From Squalus acanthias (taxonomy: Eukaryota), in NCBI GenBank assembly GCA_030390025.1, contig CM059433.1, forward strand, positions 13,332,001 through 13,396,000: a stretch of DNA of 64,000 bases, given 5' to 3'. The notes below the pieces were generated by a model. It did no database searches and had not been told where the DNA came from. It worked only from the letters and a program-made list of their open reading frames with translations. Shown piece by piece: positions 21,709 to 34,847 of the stretch. Made by a program: the position numbers and the translations under genes. Every line of letters starts with the position of its first letter. Position 1 is the stretch's first letter.

Positions 21709-22810
21709 TCACATCGTGAAGGTGTTGGCTACTAGCAGTTCCCGAGCAGCCTTACTTTCGGCAGCACTTTGCTCATCCCCATCAGGCCTGGCCACAGACA
21801 CATTGGCATCGTCCATGTCCACCATTTCAGCAGGGAGATTGTCTGCAGGGTTAAGGGTCAGTCCTTCCCGCAGGGCAAAGTTGTGCAAAGCTCAACAGGC
21901 CACCACAATCCTTGACACTTTCAGAGGAGAGTACTGCAAGGTCCCCCCTGATCTGTCCAGGCACCAGAAGCGTGATTTCAGAACCCCGATTGTCCTCTCC
22001 ACCATTTGCCGTGTGGCCACGTGTGCACGGTTGTATCTGCCTGAGCCTCATTATTGGTCCTGCGGTATGGTGTCATCGGCCACGGTTTTAGTGGGTAGCC
22101 TTTGTCGCCCAATGTCCATGCGGATCCTGGAGGCAATGTGCTGAGGGCGCCATATAAATCCGAGTGACGGAGGATGAAGGAGTCATGAGCACTTCCCCGG
22201 TGATCTGCATTCATGTTTAGGATCCTGAGTTGCGCATCACAGACGATCATAACATTTAATGAATGAAACCCCTTCCTGTTGATGTATATCACAGGTGCAT
22301 CAACTGTTGCCTTCAATGCAACATGGGATCCATCGATGGCCCCAATCACTTTGGGGAATCCAACAATGCTATAAAATGCAAAGACCCTCTCCTTTTACTG
22401 CAGAGTGGACAAGTCGAAGTCTATGAACTCAGAAGCCCTGTGGAAAATGTCATCTGGGGCCTGGTGAATGCAGGCTCTTGCAGCACTCTGGGTGATGTTT
22501 GAAATGTCACCGGTGTCTGACTGAAATGACCCGCATGCAAAGAAGTTCAGCGCTGCGGTGACCTTCATGGACACTGACAAGGCAGTGCGGGTCTTCGAGC
22601 GTGTTTGAAGGTCGTCCTTTAACATGTCACATAGTCGGCCAATTGCCTCTTTGCTGAAGTACAACCTCCTCACACACAACTCCTCCGACAGCATCTCAAA
22701 AGGCAGCCTCCCCCTGTACACTCTCTGGGGTGGATAGTTGTTCCTCCTGATCAGGCGATGGCGATGGTTCCTCAGTCTTCTTTGTTGTTCCCTGGTGTTT
22801 TCGATTCAAT
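21709..22810 (-). pseudogene. Decayed transposase of the older Harbinger
   Basis: SEELCVRRLYFSKE..., [42 protein letters not shown] motifs with frameshifts and stops. Confidence 0.88.
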
Positions 22811-23625
22811 GGGGGTGATTTTGCCAATAGGGAGTTTTTGGAGGCGGGACTGCTGCTTGTCGGGTTTTAGTCCTGCCTCCATCGATGTCTGGCCAACCCA
22901 CACTGTTTTCCCTTGATTGACCTTGTTAAGCCCGCCCAGCAGACTTAGCAGGTCAATTAAGGGAGAGCCGGTGACAGAGAATGTCAGCGTATGACATTTC
23001 ATCTGTCAAAAATTTTTGACAGATGAATTGTCATCGTTTGACAGCTTTGAGAAGCTGTCAAACACTGACATTCTCTGTTGTTTGGTGAGTCCTTGTACTC
23101 AAGGCTCACCAAACCTATTTCCTGAGCAGAAAGCAGATGGATGTTGCATTGGAGAATGCAGCAACCATTCTGTCATCTCTGCCGTGGCGAAGCCGAAGTC
23201 TCCGGATCCCCAACGATTGAAGCCTGCTGGAAGAAACAAAGGTAAGTGAACATTTTCTAACACTTTTCACTCACCTCACATACTTACCTCTCCACACTTG
23301 CACCCATCACTCACCTCCACAGCACACTTTTGGACCCCTCCGACCCCCGCAGACCCACTGCTCGCCTCGCTGACCCTGGCGGGGTTTCCCGACGTCAGGA
23401 AGCCCGCACCTCTGTTGGAAAAATGGGGTTAACAGGCAGTTAAGTGGCTGTAATCCCCTTCCCGCCTCCAGGAGACGGGACCCGGCGCGGGTCGGGTACC
23501 CGCCTCCTGGGAAGATGGCACGGAGGCGGGTTGGGGGCGGGATGGGTACCCGCCCCCAGATTCAGTCAGTTTCCCGGCAGTCCCGCCTCCAAACCCGCCT
23601 CCCCAGGGCTGGCAAGATCGCCCCC
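22811..23625. mobile_element. Harbinger-type MITE, TIR GGGGGYGATTTTG
   Basis: GGGGGTGATTTTGCC / GGCAAGATCGCCCCC; flanks AAT/ATT; homologous to 51728-52460. Confidence 0.8.
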
Positions 23626-24515
23626 ATTGTGTCAGAATCACACAGAGGATCTGGGCAACATCGTCAAGAGGCATGTTTCTCCCTCATAGGCTTCCTCTTT
23701 AAACAGATGCAGTACATGTAGGGAAAAAATGGAAAGAGTTGTAAAAGTCATATTAATAAAGTGAAGTGGGTAGAAATTCACGTCGGGCAGGTGTGAAACG
23801 GACGGTATCGGATCGGCTGCCCGTCATACCCGCCTGATGAACATCACCGCCCGAGACGAATTTCTAAGACTTTTAAAATTTTGACAAAGTTATACATAAA
23901 ATTTTTAAACAGCATAAAAAAAGTTAACATTTAAAACATTCCTATATTCTGGCATAATTATTTTAAACATTAGTAAATGTGAAGAAAATCATTTTTAAAC
24001 AGTCATTTTCAAATTAAAAAAAAATTGAAATCTAATTGAATTGCTTACCTTGTCCACAGCGAGAGTTCCTTTTTAAATTACCTACACTCCTCAGAACAAG
24101 ATCCAAAACCAATGAAATATTTAACAAATTAAAGTTGTTAGTAACTTAAATCAGGCTTTGGACCAAGAACTTTGTTCACTTTCACAGCTGAAACAGTCCC
24201 GTTTCCCAGCCCCCCTGACTTCCACATCTTCTTCCTGCTGCTTCTTTAGATAGAGTGCAGGCTGTACGCCTGCTTTTATCTATCGCAGCAGTTTTGTCCG
24301 TAGCTGCTGGCCAGTAGTTGACAAAGTATCGCAAATCTGTGCCAGCAGTGCTACCTCTCCTGGGATGCGGAGGATCTGTCAAGATTATTCTTGACAGATC
24401 GCAAGTTCCGAGTTTTAGCGCATGCGCTTCGCACGCCTAAACCCAGAACTTGCACGGCCTCTACGGGCGCGTGCGCACCTCGTACGCACCTGTAGGGGGT
24501 CGCAAAGTATGGCCC

Positions 24516-26310
24516 ATAGAATCATACAGCACTGAAGGATGCTATTTGACCCATTGTATCTGTGCCGGTTCTTTGAAGAGCTATCCAATTCGTCCCACTC
24601 CCCTGCTCTTTCCCCATAGCCCTGCAAATTTCTCCTTTTCAAGTATATATCCAACTCCCTTTTGAACGTTACTATTGAATCTGCTTCCACCACCCTTTCA
24701 GGCAGTGCATTCCCTCTGGCTTTTTTTGCCAATTACCTTAAATCTGTGTTCTCTGGTTATTGACCCTCCTGCCAGTGGAAACAGTTTCGCCCTATTTTTT
24801 TTAATATTCATTCATGGGATATGGATGTCGCTGGCAAGGCCATTATTTATTGCCCATCCCTACTTGCCTTTGAGAAGGTGGTGGTGAGCCGCCTTCTTGA
24901 ACCGCTGCAGTCCGTGTGGTGAAGGTACTCCCACAGTGCTGTTAGGGAGGGAGTTCCAGGATTTTGACCCAGCAACGATGAAGGAACGGCGATATATTCC
25001 CAAGTCAGGATGGTGTGTGGCTTGGAGGGGAACTTGGAGGTGGTGGTGTTCCCATGCGCCTGCTGCCCTTGTCCTTCTAGGTGGAAGAGGTCGCGGGTTT
25101 GGGAGGTGCTGCTGAAGAAGCCTTGGCGAGTTGCTGCAGTGCATCTTGTAGATGGTACGCACTGCAGACACGGTGCGCTGGTGGTGGAGGGAGTGAATGT
25201 TTAAGGTGGTGGATGGGGTGCCAATCAAGTGGGCTGCTTTGTCTTGGATGGTGTCGAGCTTCTTGAATGTTGTTGGAGCTGCACTCGTCCAAGCAAGTGG
25301 AGAATATTCCATCACACTCCTGACTTGTGCCTTGTAGATGGTGGAAAGGCTTTGGGGAGTCAGGAGGTGAGACACTTGCCGTAGAATACTCAGCCTCTGA
25401 CCTGCTCACAGTATTTATGCGGCTGGTCCAGTTAAGCCATGAGACTTCATGGGGTCCGGAGTCAATGTTGAGGACTCCCAGGGCCACACCTTCCTGACTG
25501 TATACTACTGTGCCGCCACCCCTGGTGATACCCAGGGATGGTGATGGAGGAGTTTGGGACATTGGCTGAAAGTTATGATTCTGTGAGTATGACTATGTCA
25601 GGCTGTTGCTTTGTAGGGTCGACTGGGCTGGGTGTGCCGTTGTCGTGTCTGTAGCTGGTGCCGAGGCCGATGTTGGGTGGTCCATCCAGTTTTATTCTTA
25701 TTGTTTTTCATAGTGGTTTTTTACAACATTGCTGTGGGTCTGGAGTCACATATAGGCCAGACCGGGTAAGGACGGCAGATTTCCTTCCCTAAAGGACATT
25801 AGTGAACCAGATGGGTTTTTACAACAATCCGATAGTTTCATGGTCACCATTACTGATATTAGGTTTTTATTCCAGGTTTATTTAATTAACTGAATTTAAA
25901 TTCCCCAGTTCCCGTGGTGGGATTTGAACTCACGTCTCTGGATCATTTGTCCAGGCCTCTGATTACTAGTCCAGTAAAATAACCACTATGCTATCGTACT
26001 CTATTAAAACCCCTCATACTTTTGAACATCTCTATTAAATCTCGCCTTAACCTTCTCTGCTTGAAGAAGAACAGCCCCAGCTTCTCTGGTCTCTCCACAT
26101 AACTGAAGTCCCTCCTGGTACCATTCTAGTAATTCTCCTCTGCACTCTCTCCAAGGACATGGCATCCTTCCTGAAGTGTGGTGCCCAGAATTGGACACAA
26201 TACTTTAGCCGAGGCCTAACCAGTGATTTATAAAGGTTTACAATAACTTCCTTGCTTTTGTACTCTATAGCTCTATTTGTAAAGCCAAGGCATCTATATG
26301 CTTTTTAAAT
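24516..26310 (-). mobile_element. CR1 LINE fragment split by the 24797-25999 insertion
   Basis: CR1 3' UTR/tail at 24516-24796 continues as RT-region sequence at 26000-26310. Confidence 0.75.
24797..25999 (-). mobile_element. Non-autonomous retroposon: tRNA-like 5' head + internally deleted CR1/L2-group LINE body + poly(A)
   Basis: minus strand begins GTACGATAGCATAGTGG...GAGTTCAAATCCC (A/B-box-like); ORF remnant IYKAQVRSVMEYSPLAW...SKSWNSLP; poly(T) at ~24797. Confidence 0.65.
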
Positions 26311-28038
26311 GGCTTTTTGACCATTTTTTAAATAGGGGCTGTGTCAAATAACCCCCTTCCCCAAAGCTCTCTAGTTGGGCTCATATGCAAAGAATGGGCA
26401 TGTAGGAGAGGTATTGTAGGGAGGTTGGCGCCCATAGGGCTATATGAAAGCAGGAGTCAATTCCTTCAGGAGAGGAGTGAAGAAAAGGTGAGAAAATTGT
26501 AAATATATATGATGGTTTCAGTGACAGCTTTATAGTAGAGGTTTTGGAACAGACCATTTCTGGCTTGTACCTTGTCGATAGTGTCCATTAATAGGATTAA
26601 GTATTCATTCAAAACCAGATATACCGAGATATGTTTGGTGTATTTTTTTTGAAAAACTTGTTTTGAAGTTAAAAATAACTATTCTACTGGTGCAGTCAAG
26701 GGGTGAGGATGTCCTGAGAGACTATGGATGAATGCTAAAAACATTTTGGGTGAAATTTCCTCTGCTATCCAGTCTCAAATTGGGGAAAATTGTGAGGGAA
26801 GGCATAACACTAGCTCCCTACCCTGACCTTGATTTCCTTTCCCCACCTGTGGCATGGAAATGCCGCCTGGGAGGCAGGGCCCAGCTTTCTGGCCCACTTG
26901 CCTCTTATCCACCCTCTTACTGCTGCTCCCTGAGACCGGCAGGTGAAGCCTGGTGGTAGCCCCTGGGATAGCGGTGGGAAGGTCCCTGATGGAGGGGGCA
27001 GCCTTCTGTCCCTCCATTTCACTCCAGTCTCTTACCCGTTGAAGATCTCGCTCTTAGCCGAGGTCTTCAGTAAAAAAAAAAATTGGATGAAGTCCTTGGG
27101 ACTCTTCTGCTCCTTTTAAATGGCCTCGTATCTTATTTGGTGCTACTGCACTGGCAGGATTATCCACTCTTACAGTGGCGGGAGGCTGCCCTGCAAACAT
27201 AATGGGTCGGGGTCATTGCAGGGCTCGGGGCGGTGGGCAAAGGTCCTGCCTTGACCATCCTATGGTGGGAAGAGGGCAATCCAGGCCCCCATCTCAGCAA
27301 ACAGCAACAAAATAGCTCCCCTGATTAGGAGATAAACCATTATAAGGTGGAAATTTACAAAAAAGTAAGTAGAAGAGCGAATGTTTTCTTGAACAAAGTA
27401 TTGAGAATAAATTCATTGTAAAACAACTTCTTGGTGTTGATCCTTTAGCAGAAATGCAGTGCTATAGAAATGATTGGACCGAACTTTGGGCTCGTTAGGG
27501 ATGTGAACCTGATGAGGGCTTCTCACAAGGTGCGACACAACAGTGCCGGAGGAGTCAGAGGTGAAAGCGGGATCTAACCACTGGGGTGCAGAGGCTCCAG
27601 GAAAGAGGCAGCTAATGGTGTCTCCTCCTCACTCAAAATATAGAATTGAAATACATAATTGAAATACATACTTCTGTTGATCCCAGAGGTATCTTTAAGA
27701 GCTCAGTTCTTGGTTTCTGTTTGTTGCGTGACACCAGCCTCCCTTGTAGACTTCCTGCATTTCATGTGCTGTCTTTTATCCACTCAGATACCCGAGATGC
27801 GTTGCTGATTATTTTTTGACTGTTGAAGTGACGATCCTGTAATGTCCCCTTTCATTTTGCTCCTTGAGCTGCCTATTTGAGATTATAAATAAGCACATAT
27901 GCTGCTTTATGTGCTAATACCTGCACAAATTCACTTTATTTTTGCATATTATGCTTCATTAAAGCTATTTTAATAACTGAAATTGTCCCTAGTATGGTTT
28001 TAACCTAGTTATGCGCATTATTTTGGGAGATATCCCTT

Positions 28039-28522
28039 AACATAAGAACATAAGAACATAAGAAATAGGAGCAGGAGTAGGTCATTCCGCCCTTCGAGCC
28101 TGCTCCGCCATTCAATAAGATCATGACTGATCTTCTACCTCATCTCCACTTTCCTGCACTATCCCCATATCCCTTGATTCCCTTAATATCCAAAAATGTA
28201 TCGATCTCTGTCTTGAATATACTCAATGACTGAGCCTCCACAGCCCTCTGGGGTAGAGAATTCCAAAGATTCACCACCCTCCGAGTGAAGAAATTTCTCC
28301 TCATCTCAGTCCTAAATGGCCGACCCCTTATTCTGAGACTGTGACCCCTGGTTCTAGACTCCCTAGCCAGGGGGAAACATCCTCCCTGCATCTACCCTGT
28401 CGAGCCCTGTAAGCATTTTGTATGTTTCAATGAGATTACCTCTCATTCTTTTAAACTTCAGCGAATATCGGCCTAGTCTACTCAATCTCTCCTCATAGGA
28501 CAATCCCCCTATCCCAGGAACC
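28039..28522 (-). mobile_element. CR1 LINE 3' fragment
   Basis: (AACATAAG)n tail; SRTRGHSLRIRG...RRNFFT motif. Confidence 0.9.
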
Positions 28523-29984
28523 ATCCACCAAGTGACTGAATATTCTTCTCTTGCTGTCTGTGGGTGGTTTACTGTGTGGACAGAATTCTAGTGCTCCTCA
28601 CAAACGTTGTGCTTTTTGATAAGATCAGCCTTATGTCTGGTATGCATAGTTGAGATATGAGTTACCTCATGTCTACATAGCAGAGACATGGGGGCTGATC
28701 TGAGGTGGGTGGGGCATCCGCTTTGCCCGCCTCACGATGTCGGCATGAGGCCCGAACAATTTTGGTCTGGTGAGCTGCCGTGGCTAACTGCACTGATTTA
28801 TTGGCAGCTCGTCACTTGGGAAGGCAGAAAATCCGGCAGGGCAGATGCTCCTCATGGGCCTGCAGCGACGCCTTAAAGGGCGGGGGGGGGGGGGAGGGAG
28901 CAAGGGTTAAATGGAACAACAGATTTCAGGGCCAAAAGAAATTTTACGAGCACACACAGCGAGAAGAAGATGAGCTTATGGAAGCCTTTAAGGCTGAAAG
29001 CTCTCAAGAGATTGGAAAAAAACAATAAGTGCCAGACCTGCTTCCAGCTTTTCCAGACTGCAGCTGCGGATCCCTGTAAATACCGCTATAATGGCCGCCT
29101 CCTCACCTGTATTGCCCACGGTCTGTGCGTTGGTTGAGGAAGTAGCAGTGACTGTGCTGATTGGCAGGAAAGTGGTGTTTGGGGGGGGGGGGTTCCTGAC
29201 TATATCCGTTGACCTCTCTCCCTCCATCAGGGACCTTCCCACCGCTATCCCAGGGGCTACCACCAAGCTTCACCTGCCAGTCTCATGGAGCAGCAGTAAG
29301 AGGGTGGATAAGAGGCAAATGGGCCAGACAGTGTTTTAGGCTCCCGCCTGTATCTGATGAGCGAACTGGCTGCTTAAAGTTGGGTCCGCCTGAAAATTGG
29401 AACGGGCAGAATTCCAGCATTGAGCTGATGGGTTCCCCACCCCCTCCCACCCCTCCCCCACCCCGACCACCCCACCCCCACCCCCAACCACCCCCAACCC
29501 CCACCTCCCCGATTTTCGTACTGCCACTTCCCTGTTTACAGGCATAATTCTTTTGACTCTGAAGATCCTGTGATGTCCTCCTTCATTTTTTGCCAAATCC
29601 TTTTCAATCCATTATCACTGAAGCGTGACTTACTGGAAAATTTAGAATGGGAGCATTTTCTATTGGCAGAAAATGAGCCCGACTCATTGCGAAGATTAAG
29701 TAATCGTGGTTAATTTTTGGATATTAATGTGAAAAATTAGCATGGCCTAATCGAATTGAGTGTTAGATTAGCTTACTACACAGAACAGCCGGCACCACTA
29801 AAATTAGAGATTAGCAGAAAATGTGCATTATTTCCACAGAGTTACAGCTGCCACAAAGGCAGTTCCACCTCCATATAGGACAACCCCCCTGACCTGAAAG
29901 GTCTGAAATATGTCAGGTGGGTTGGTTTGGAATCTCATTTCACAACATGTACAAAAAACCTTATTTTTGACAATGAGCGACAGT

Positions 29985-30097
29985 GGGGGTAATGTTGACT
30001 TTGGGAGATGGTGTCAAATGGGTGATATCGATTTAGCCGCAGGCGATACCTCTCTCCCGTTTTCATTTCCATATGACCCAAAGTCAAAATTACCCCC
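29985..30097. mobile_element. 113-bp Tourist/Harbinger-type MITE, TSD AGT
   Basis: 21-bp TIR GGGGGTAATGTTGACTTTGGG / CCCAAAGTCAAAATTACCCCC; AGT on both sides. Confidence 0.8.
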
Positions 30098-30451
30098 AGT
30101 AAGTAAGGCGATCAAGTCGGAAACTTGCCTTAGTCATTGGCTGTGTGATGTTCACAATTACAGCCAGATTTGTCGTGCACAAGCTAACATAGAGGGCTCC
30201 CTAAGATATTGCAAAAAGATCACAGCAGGAACAGTTTCAGAATGCATAGCATCCTCAAAGGTTAGCTTACCACAAGATGACATAAGAGTATGCCATGGAT
30301 TACAACCTTTGTGGTTAGAAAGTTAGAATGCTGTCCACACCCACCAGTCCATATCAGTTCCACATGAGCCTGCACTGGAGTTTTGTGTTACTTTTTGTTT
30401 AAGGTTAATACTCAGTTGTTCTGAAAGGAACAGGAGGAGGTATTTTCATTC

Positions 30452-30977
30452 AGAGTCATGGATTTATACAGCACAGAAAGAGGCCCTTCGGCCCATCATG
30501 TCCACGCCGGCCATCAAGCCCAATCTATTCTAATCCCATTTTCCAGTACTTGGTCCGTAGTCTTGTATGCTATGGCGTTTCAAGTGCTGATCTAAATGCT
30601 TCTTGAATGTTGTGAGGGTTCCTGTGTGTGTCTGTGTGTGCATGTCTGTGTGTGTGTGTCTGTGTGTTTCTGTGTGTGTTTGTGTCTGTGTGTGTGTGTG
30701 TGTGGCATAGAGTCATAGATTTATACAGCACCGAAAGAGGCCCTTCGGCCCATCGTGTCCGCGCCGGCCATCAAGCCCTATCTATTCTAATCCCATTTTC
30801 CAGCACCTGGTCCGTAGCCTTGTATGCTATGGCGTTTCAAGTGCTCATCTAAATGCTTCTTGAATGTTGTGAGGGTTCCTGCCTCTACCACCCTTTCAGG
30901 CAGTGAGTTCCAGATTCCAACCACCCTCTGGGTGAAAAAGTTTTTCCTCAAATCCCCTCTAAACCTCCTACCCCTCT
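30452..30977 (-). mobile_element. CR1 3' end, tandemly duplicated around a (TG)n microsatellite (30623-30703)
   Basis: 30452-30624 repeats 30709-30881; LRKNFFTQRVVGIWNSLP. Confidence 0.85.
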
Positions 30978-32145
30978 GTGGCTTTCCCACCAGGTGAAGA
31001 CAGTGGGAAGAGGATCCAGGAACGCGAGAGGCCCAAACAGCTACGTTTATTTTTTTTTACTCTTTCTTAATTTTCCTTCTGGCGTCAAGAGGTGCAAGAG
31101 TGTTCCTCCGTGTCTCACAAGGAAAGTTTAGGCCTCCGCGTCCCCCTCCACCCCTCCCCCTCCCCCCAACATTCCTCCTGTGAAATCCTCCTGAAACCCC
31201 GCTCCCACGACTTACATTATCGCTGCCTGGCGGTTTCCTGCTGCCCAAAGCTCCATTCCCGCCCACTGTCATTTTGGGCGGGCAGCTGATTGGCGTAATG
31301 CAGATGAGGCCCAAGAGTTAAAGTTGCCTGGGCCTCATGCTGCCGAGGTCGGGGTGGTGGGGAGAGGTGTGGCTTCACACTCGCCTCCCTCGGACTCGCT
31401 CGACTCCCTCTTCTGGTTAAAATGGGAGCCTGGTATCCCTCACTGAGATCTTTATGGGATCTGTGTGGCCTGTAAATTCTTTGGAGGATAATATCTTTGA
31501 CGGGTGAATTCTCCTCATAGACGGCTCCACTCTCCTTTCCTCCCGCTTGACTGCTTCTCTATTAAAGTTGCAAATAAAGGATTGTCAATTGGGAATCCCT
31601 TACCTGGTGGTCCAACCTCTCACTGTGGGTGGGGGCAAAGTTATCTGAGTGATCTCACAGTCCCTCAGACTGTTAGTGGCAAGGCCAGCTCTAGCTCGCG
31701 CAAGGCAAAAAGAAAGTTAAAAGTTCTTCTGTAACTCCCAGCAATCACTCCACAAAACTTTCTTAACCTGTAGGCTCTAAATTAAAGCTGTCGTGCCTCT
31801 TTTAACTCATTGTTAATTAAGCTTGGTGGACTGGTGGTGCAAGTCATGGGTTTTCAGCCCTTCAACACCGTTCCTCCTCATTAGCATTTATTTTAATGAC
31901 CTCCCAGCAGCATCAGCACACGCGCTTAGAGAAGGCCGCACCACAATGGGGACTACAGCGCTGCCATTATGTGGTGGAAATCTGATGGAAACGTGGTCTG
32001 CTCCAAGATCCGGTACACTTGTAAGTCCCAAACTCACCAGAAAGTGCGAGAAAGCTCCGGCCCATTGTGTTTTTCATACATAAGTCTGATGCAATTGTTA
32101 TTTTTCATTTAATGCAAAAAAGGTTGATACGTTATTTACTTTTTC

Positions 32146-34385
32146 ATAGAATCACAGAATGGTAACAGCACAGAAGGAGGCCATTCGGCCCGTCGAGCCC
32201 GTGCCGGCTCTCTGCAAGAGCACTTCAGCTAGTCCCACTCCCCTGCTCTTTCCCCGTAGCCCTGCAAATTTTTTTCCTTCAGGTACTTATCCAATTCCCT
32301 TTTGAAAGCCACGATTGAATCTGCCTCCACCGCCCTTTCAGGCAGTGAATTCCAGATCCTAACCACTCACTGTGTAAAAAAGTTTTTCCTCTTGTCGCCA
32401 TTGGTTCTTTTGCCAATCACCTTAAATCTGTGCCCTCTGGTTCTCGACCCTTCCGCCAATGGGAACAGTTTCTCTCTATCTACTCTGTCTAGACCCCTCA
32501 TGATTTTGAACACCTCTATCAAATCTCCACTCAACATTCTCTGCTCTAAGGAGAACAACCCCAGCTTCTCCAGTCTATCCACGTAACTGAAGTCCCTCAT
32601 CGCTGGAATAATTCTCGTAAATCTTTTCTGCATCCTCTCTAAGGCCTTCACATCCTTCCTAAAGTGCAGTGCCCAGAATTGGACACAATACTCCAGTTGA
32701 GGCCGAACGAGTGTTTTATACAGGTTCATCATAACTTCCTTGCTTTTGCATGCTATGCCTCTATTTATGAAGCCCAGGATCCCGTATGCTTTTTTAATCA
32801 CTTTCTCAACCTGCCCTGCCACCTTCATCGATTTGTGCACATATACCCCCAGGTCTCTCTGTTCATGCACCCCCTTTAGGATTGTACCCTTTCGTTTATA
32901 TTGCCTCTCCTTGTTCTTCCTACCAAAATGTATCTCTTCGCATTTTTCTGCATTAAATTTCATCTGCCACGTGTCCGTCCATTTCACCAGCCTGTCTATG
33001 TCCTCTTGAAGTCTATCACTATCCTCCTCACTGTTCACTATACTTCCAAGTTTTGTGTCATCTGCAAATTTTGAAATTGTGCCCTGTACTCCAAGTCCAA
33101 GTCATTAATATATATCAAAAGAAGCAGTGGTCCTAGTACCGACCACTGGGGAACACCACTATATACATTCCTCCAGTCTGAAAAACAACCGTTCATCACT
33201 ACTCTCTGTTTCCTGTCACTTAGCCAATTTCGTATCCATGCTTCCACTGTCCCTTTTATCCCATGGGCTGCAACTTTGTTGGCAAGCCTATTATGTGGCA
33301 CTTTATCAAACGTCTTTTGGAAATCCATGTACATCACGTCAACCGCATTGCCCTCATCAACCCTCTCTGTTACCTCATCAAAAAACTCCATCATGTTTGC
33401 CTTTAACAAATCCGTGCTAGCTTTCCTTAATTAATCCACACTTGTCAAGTGACTGTTAACTTTGTCCCTGATTATCGTTTCTAAAATCTTCCCCACTACC
33501 GAGGTTAAACTGACTGGCCTGTAGTTGCTGGGTTTATCCTTACACCCTTTTTTGAACTAGGGTGTAACATTTGCAATTCTCCAGTCCTCTGGCACCACCC
33601 CTGTATCTAAGGAGGATTGGAAGATTATGGCCAGTACCTCCGCGATATCCTCCCTCAGCATCCTAGGATGCATCCCATCTGGTCCTGGTGACTTATCAAC
33701 TTTAAGTACAGACAGCCTTTCTAGTACCTCCTCTTTATCAATTTTTATCTCATCCAGTATCTCAACTACCTCCTCTTTCACTATGACTTTGGCAGCATCT
33801 TCTTCCTTGGTGAAGACAGATGCAAAGTACTCATTTAATACCTCAGCCATGCCCTCTGCCCCCATGCGTAGGTCTCCTTTTTGCTCCCTAATCGGCCCCA
33901 CCCCTCCTCTTATTATCCGTTTATTATTTATATGCCTATAGAAGACTTTTGAATTCCCTTTTATGTTAGCTGCCAAGCTATTCTAATACCCTCTCCTTGC
34001 ACCTCTTATTTTCATTTTCACTTCCCCTCTGAACTTTCTATATTCAGCCTGATTCTCACTTGTATTCTCAACCTGACATCTGCCATACGCCCCCTTTTTC
34101 TGCTTCATCTTACTCTCTATCTCTTTTGTCATCCAGGGAGCGCAGGCTTTGTTTGCCCTACCTTTCCCCCTCATGAGAATGTACCTCGACTGTACCCGAA
34201 CCATCTCCTCTTTAAAGGCAGCCCATTGTTCGATTACAGTTCTGCCTGCCAATCTTTGATTCCAATTTACCTGGGCCAGATCCATTCTCAACCTACTGAA
34301 ATTTGCCTTCCTCCAATTAAGTATTTTTACTCTAGATTGCTCTCTGTCCTTTTCCATAGCTAATCTAAACCTTATGGTACTATGA
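32146..34385 (-). mobile_element. CR1 LINE, ~2.2 kb of ORF2 (RT domain) with frameshifts
   Basis: KSPGPDGMHPR, VPEDWRIANVTP, YMDFQKTFDKVPH, SGVPQWSVLGPLL, LQEDIDRLVKW, LVRPQLEYCVQFW. Confidence 0.95.
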
Positions 34386-34847
34386 AGAATTACTTGATAA
34401 CCATATTTTAATCGCTTTTACTCCAGCTTGTTTATCCTTGATACACATAATCAGTTAGCACCTTATCATTTTTCATTTCCTTCTGGCTGCTGCTTTCTGC
34501 ATGGTTTGCAATCTTACTTTTGAGCTTTTCTTTGCCCTTTGTTTTCGCTCTGTGTCTGCTAGCCTGTGCCAAGTTGCAGTGAGAAAGCACAGCTCAGCTC
34601 AGAGACCCAGAGGTTTTCATTTCACACGGGCCGAACTCTCTGGGTATGTGGTCAAGATATTGAATTGTTTATCTTTCAGGACTGCTGGAATATGTTGTAG
34701 AACCTGCAATAGTTTTGTCAGATCCTTCTTTCATCACTTAATATGGTTTCACAGGAGAAAAAGGTGATTTTGTTATCAGATGTCTGCTAAGAATAGTTTG
34801 ATGATATCTGGAGTAAAACATACCTTTCCTTCAATTTGTATGGAGAG

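Larger units (their letters stand above)
11636..24515 (+). mobile_element. Older, decayed Harbinger element (second family) with multiple nested insertions
   Basis: Imperfect TIRs GGCCCTGAAATTGCGATC / GGTCGCAAAGTATGGCCC, ATA on both flanks; Myb/SANT relic (+) and convergent transposase relic (-); ends resemble the MITE at 53866-54608. Confidence 0.75.

Noticed and set aside
34680..34763. Exon-like segment between TTTCAG and GTGATT
   Set aside because: Weak donor and unrecognisable peptide.
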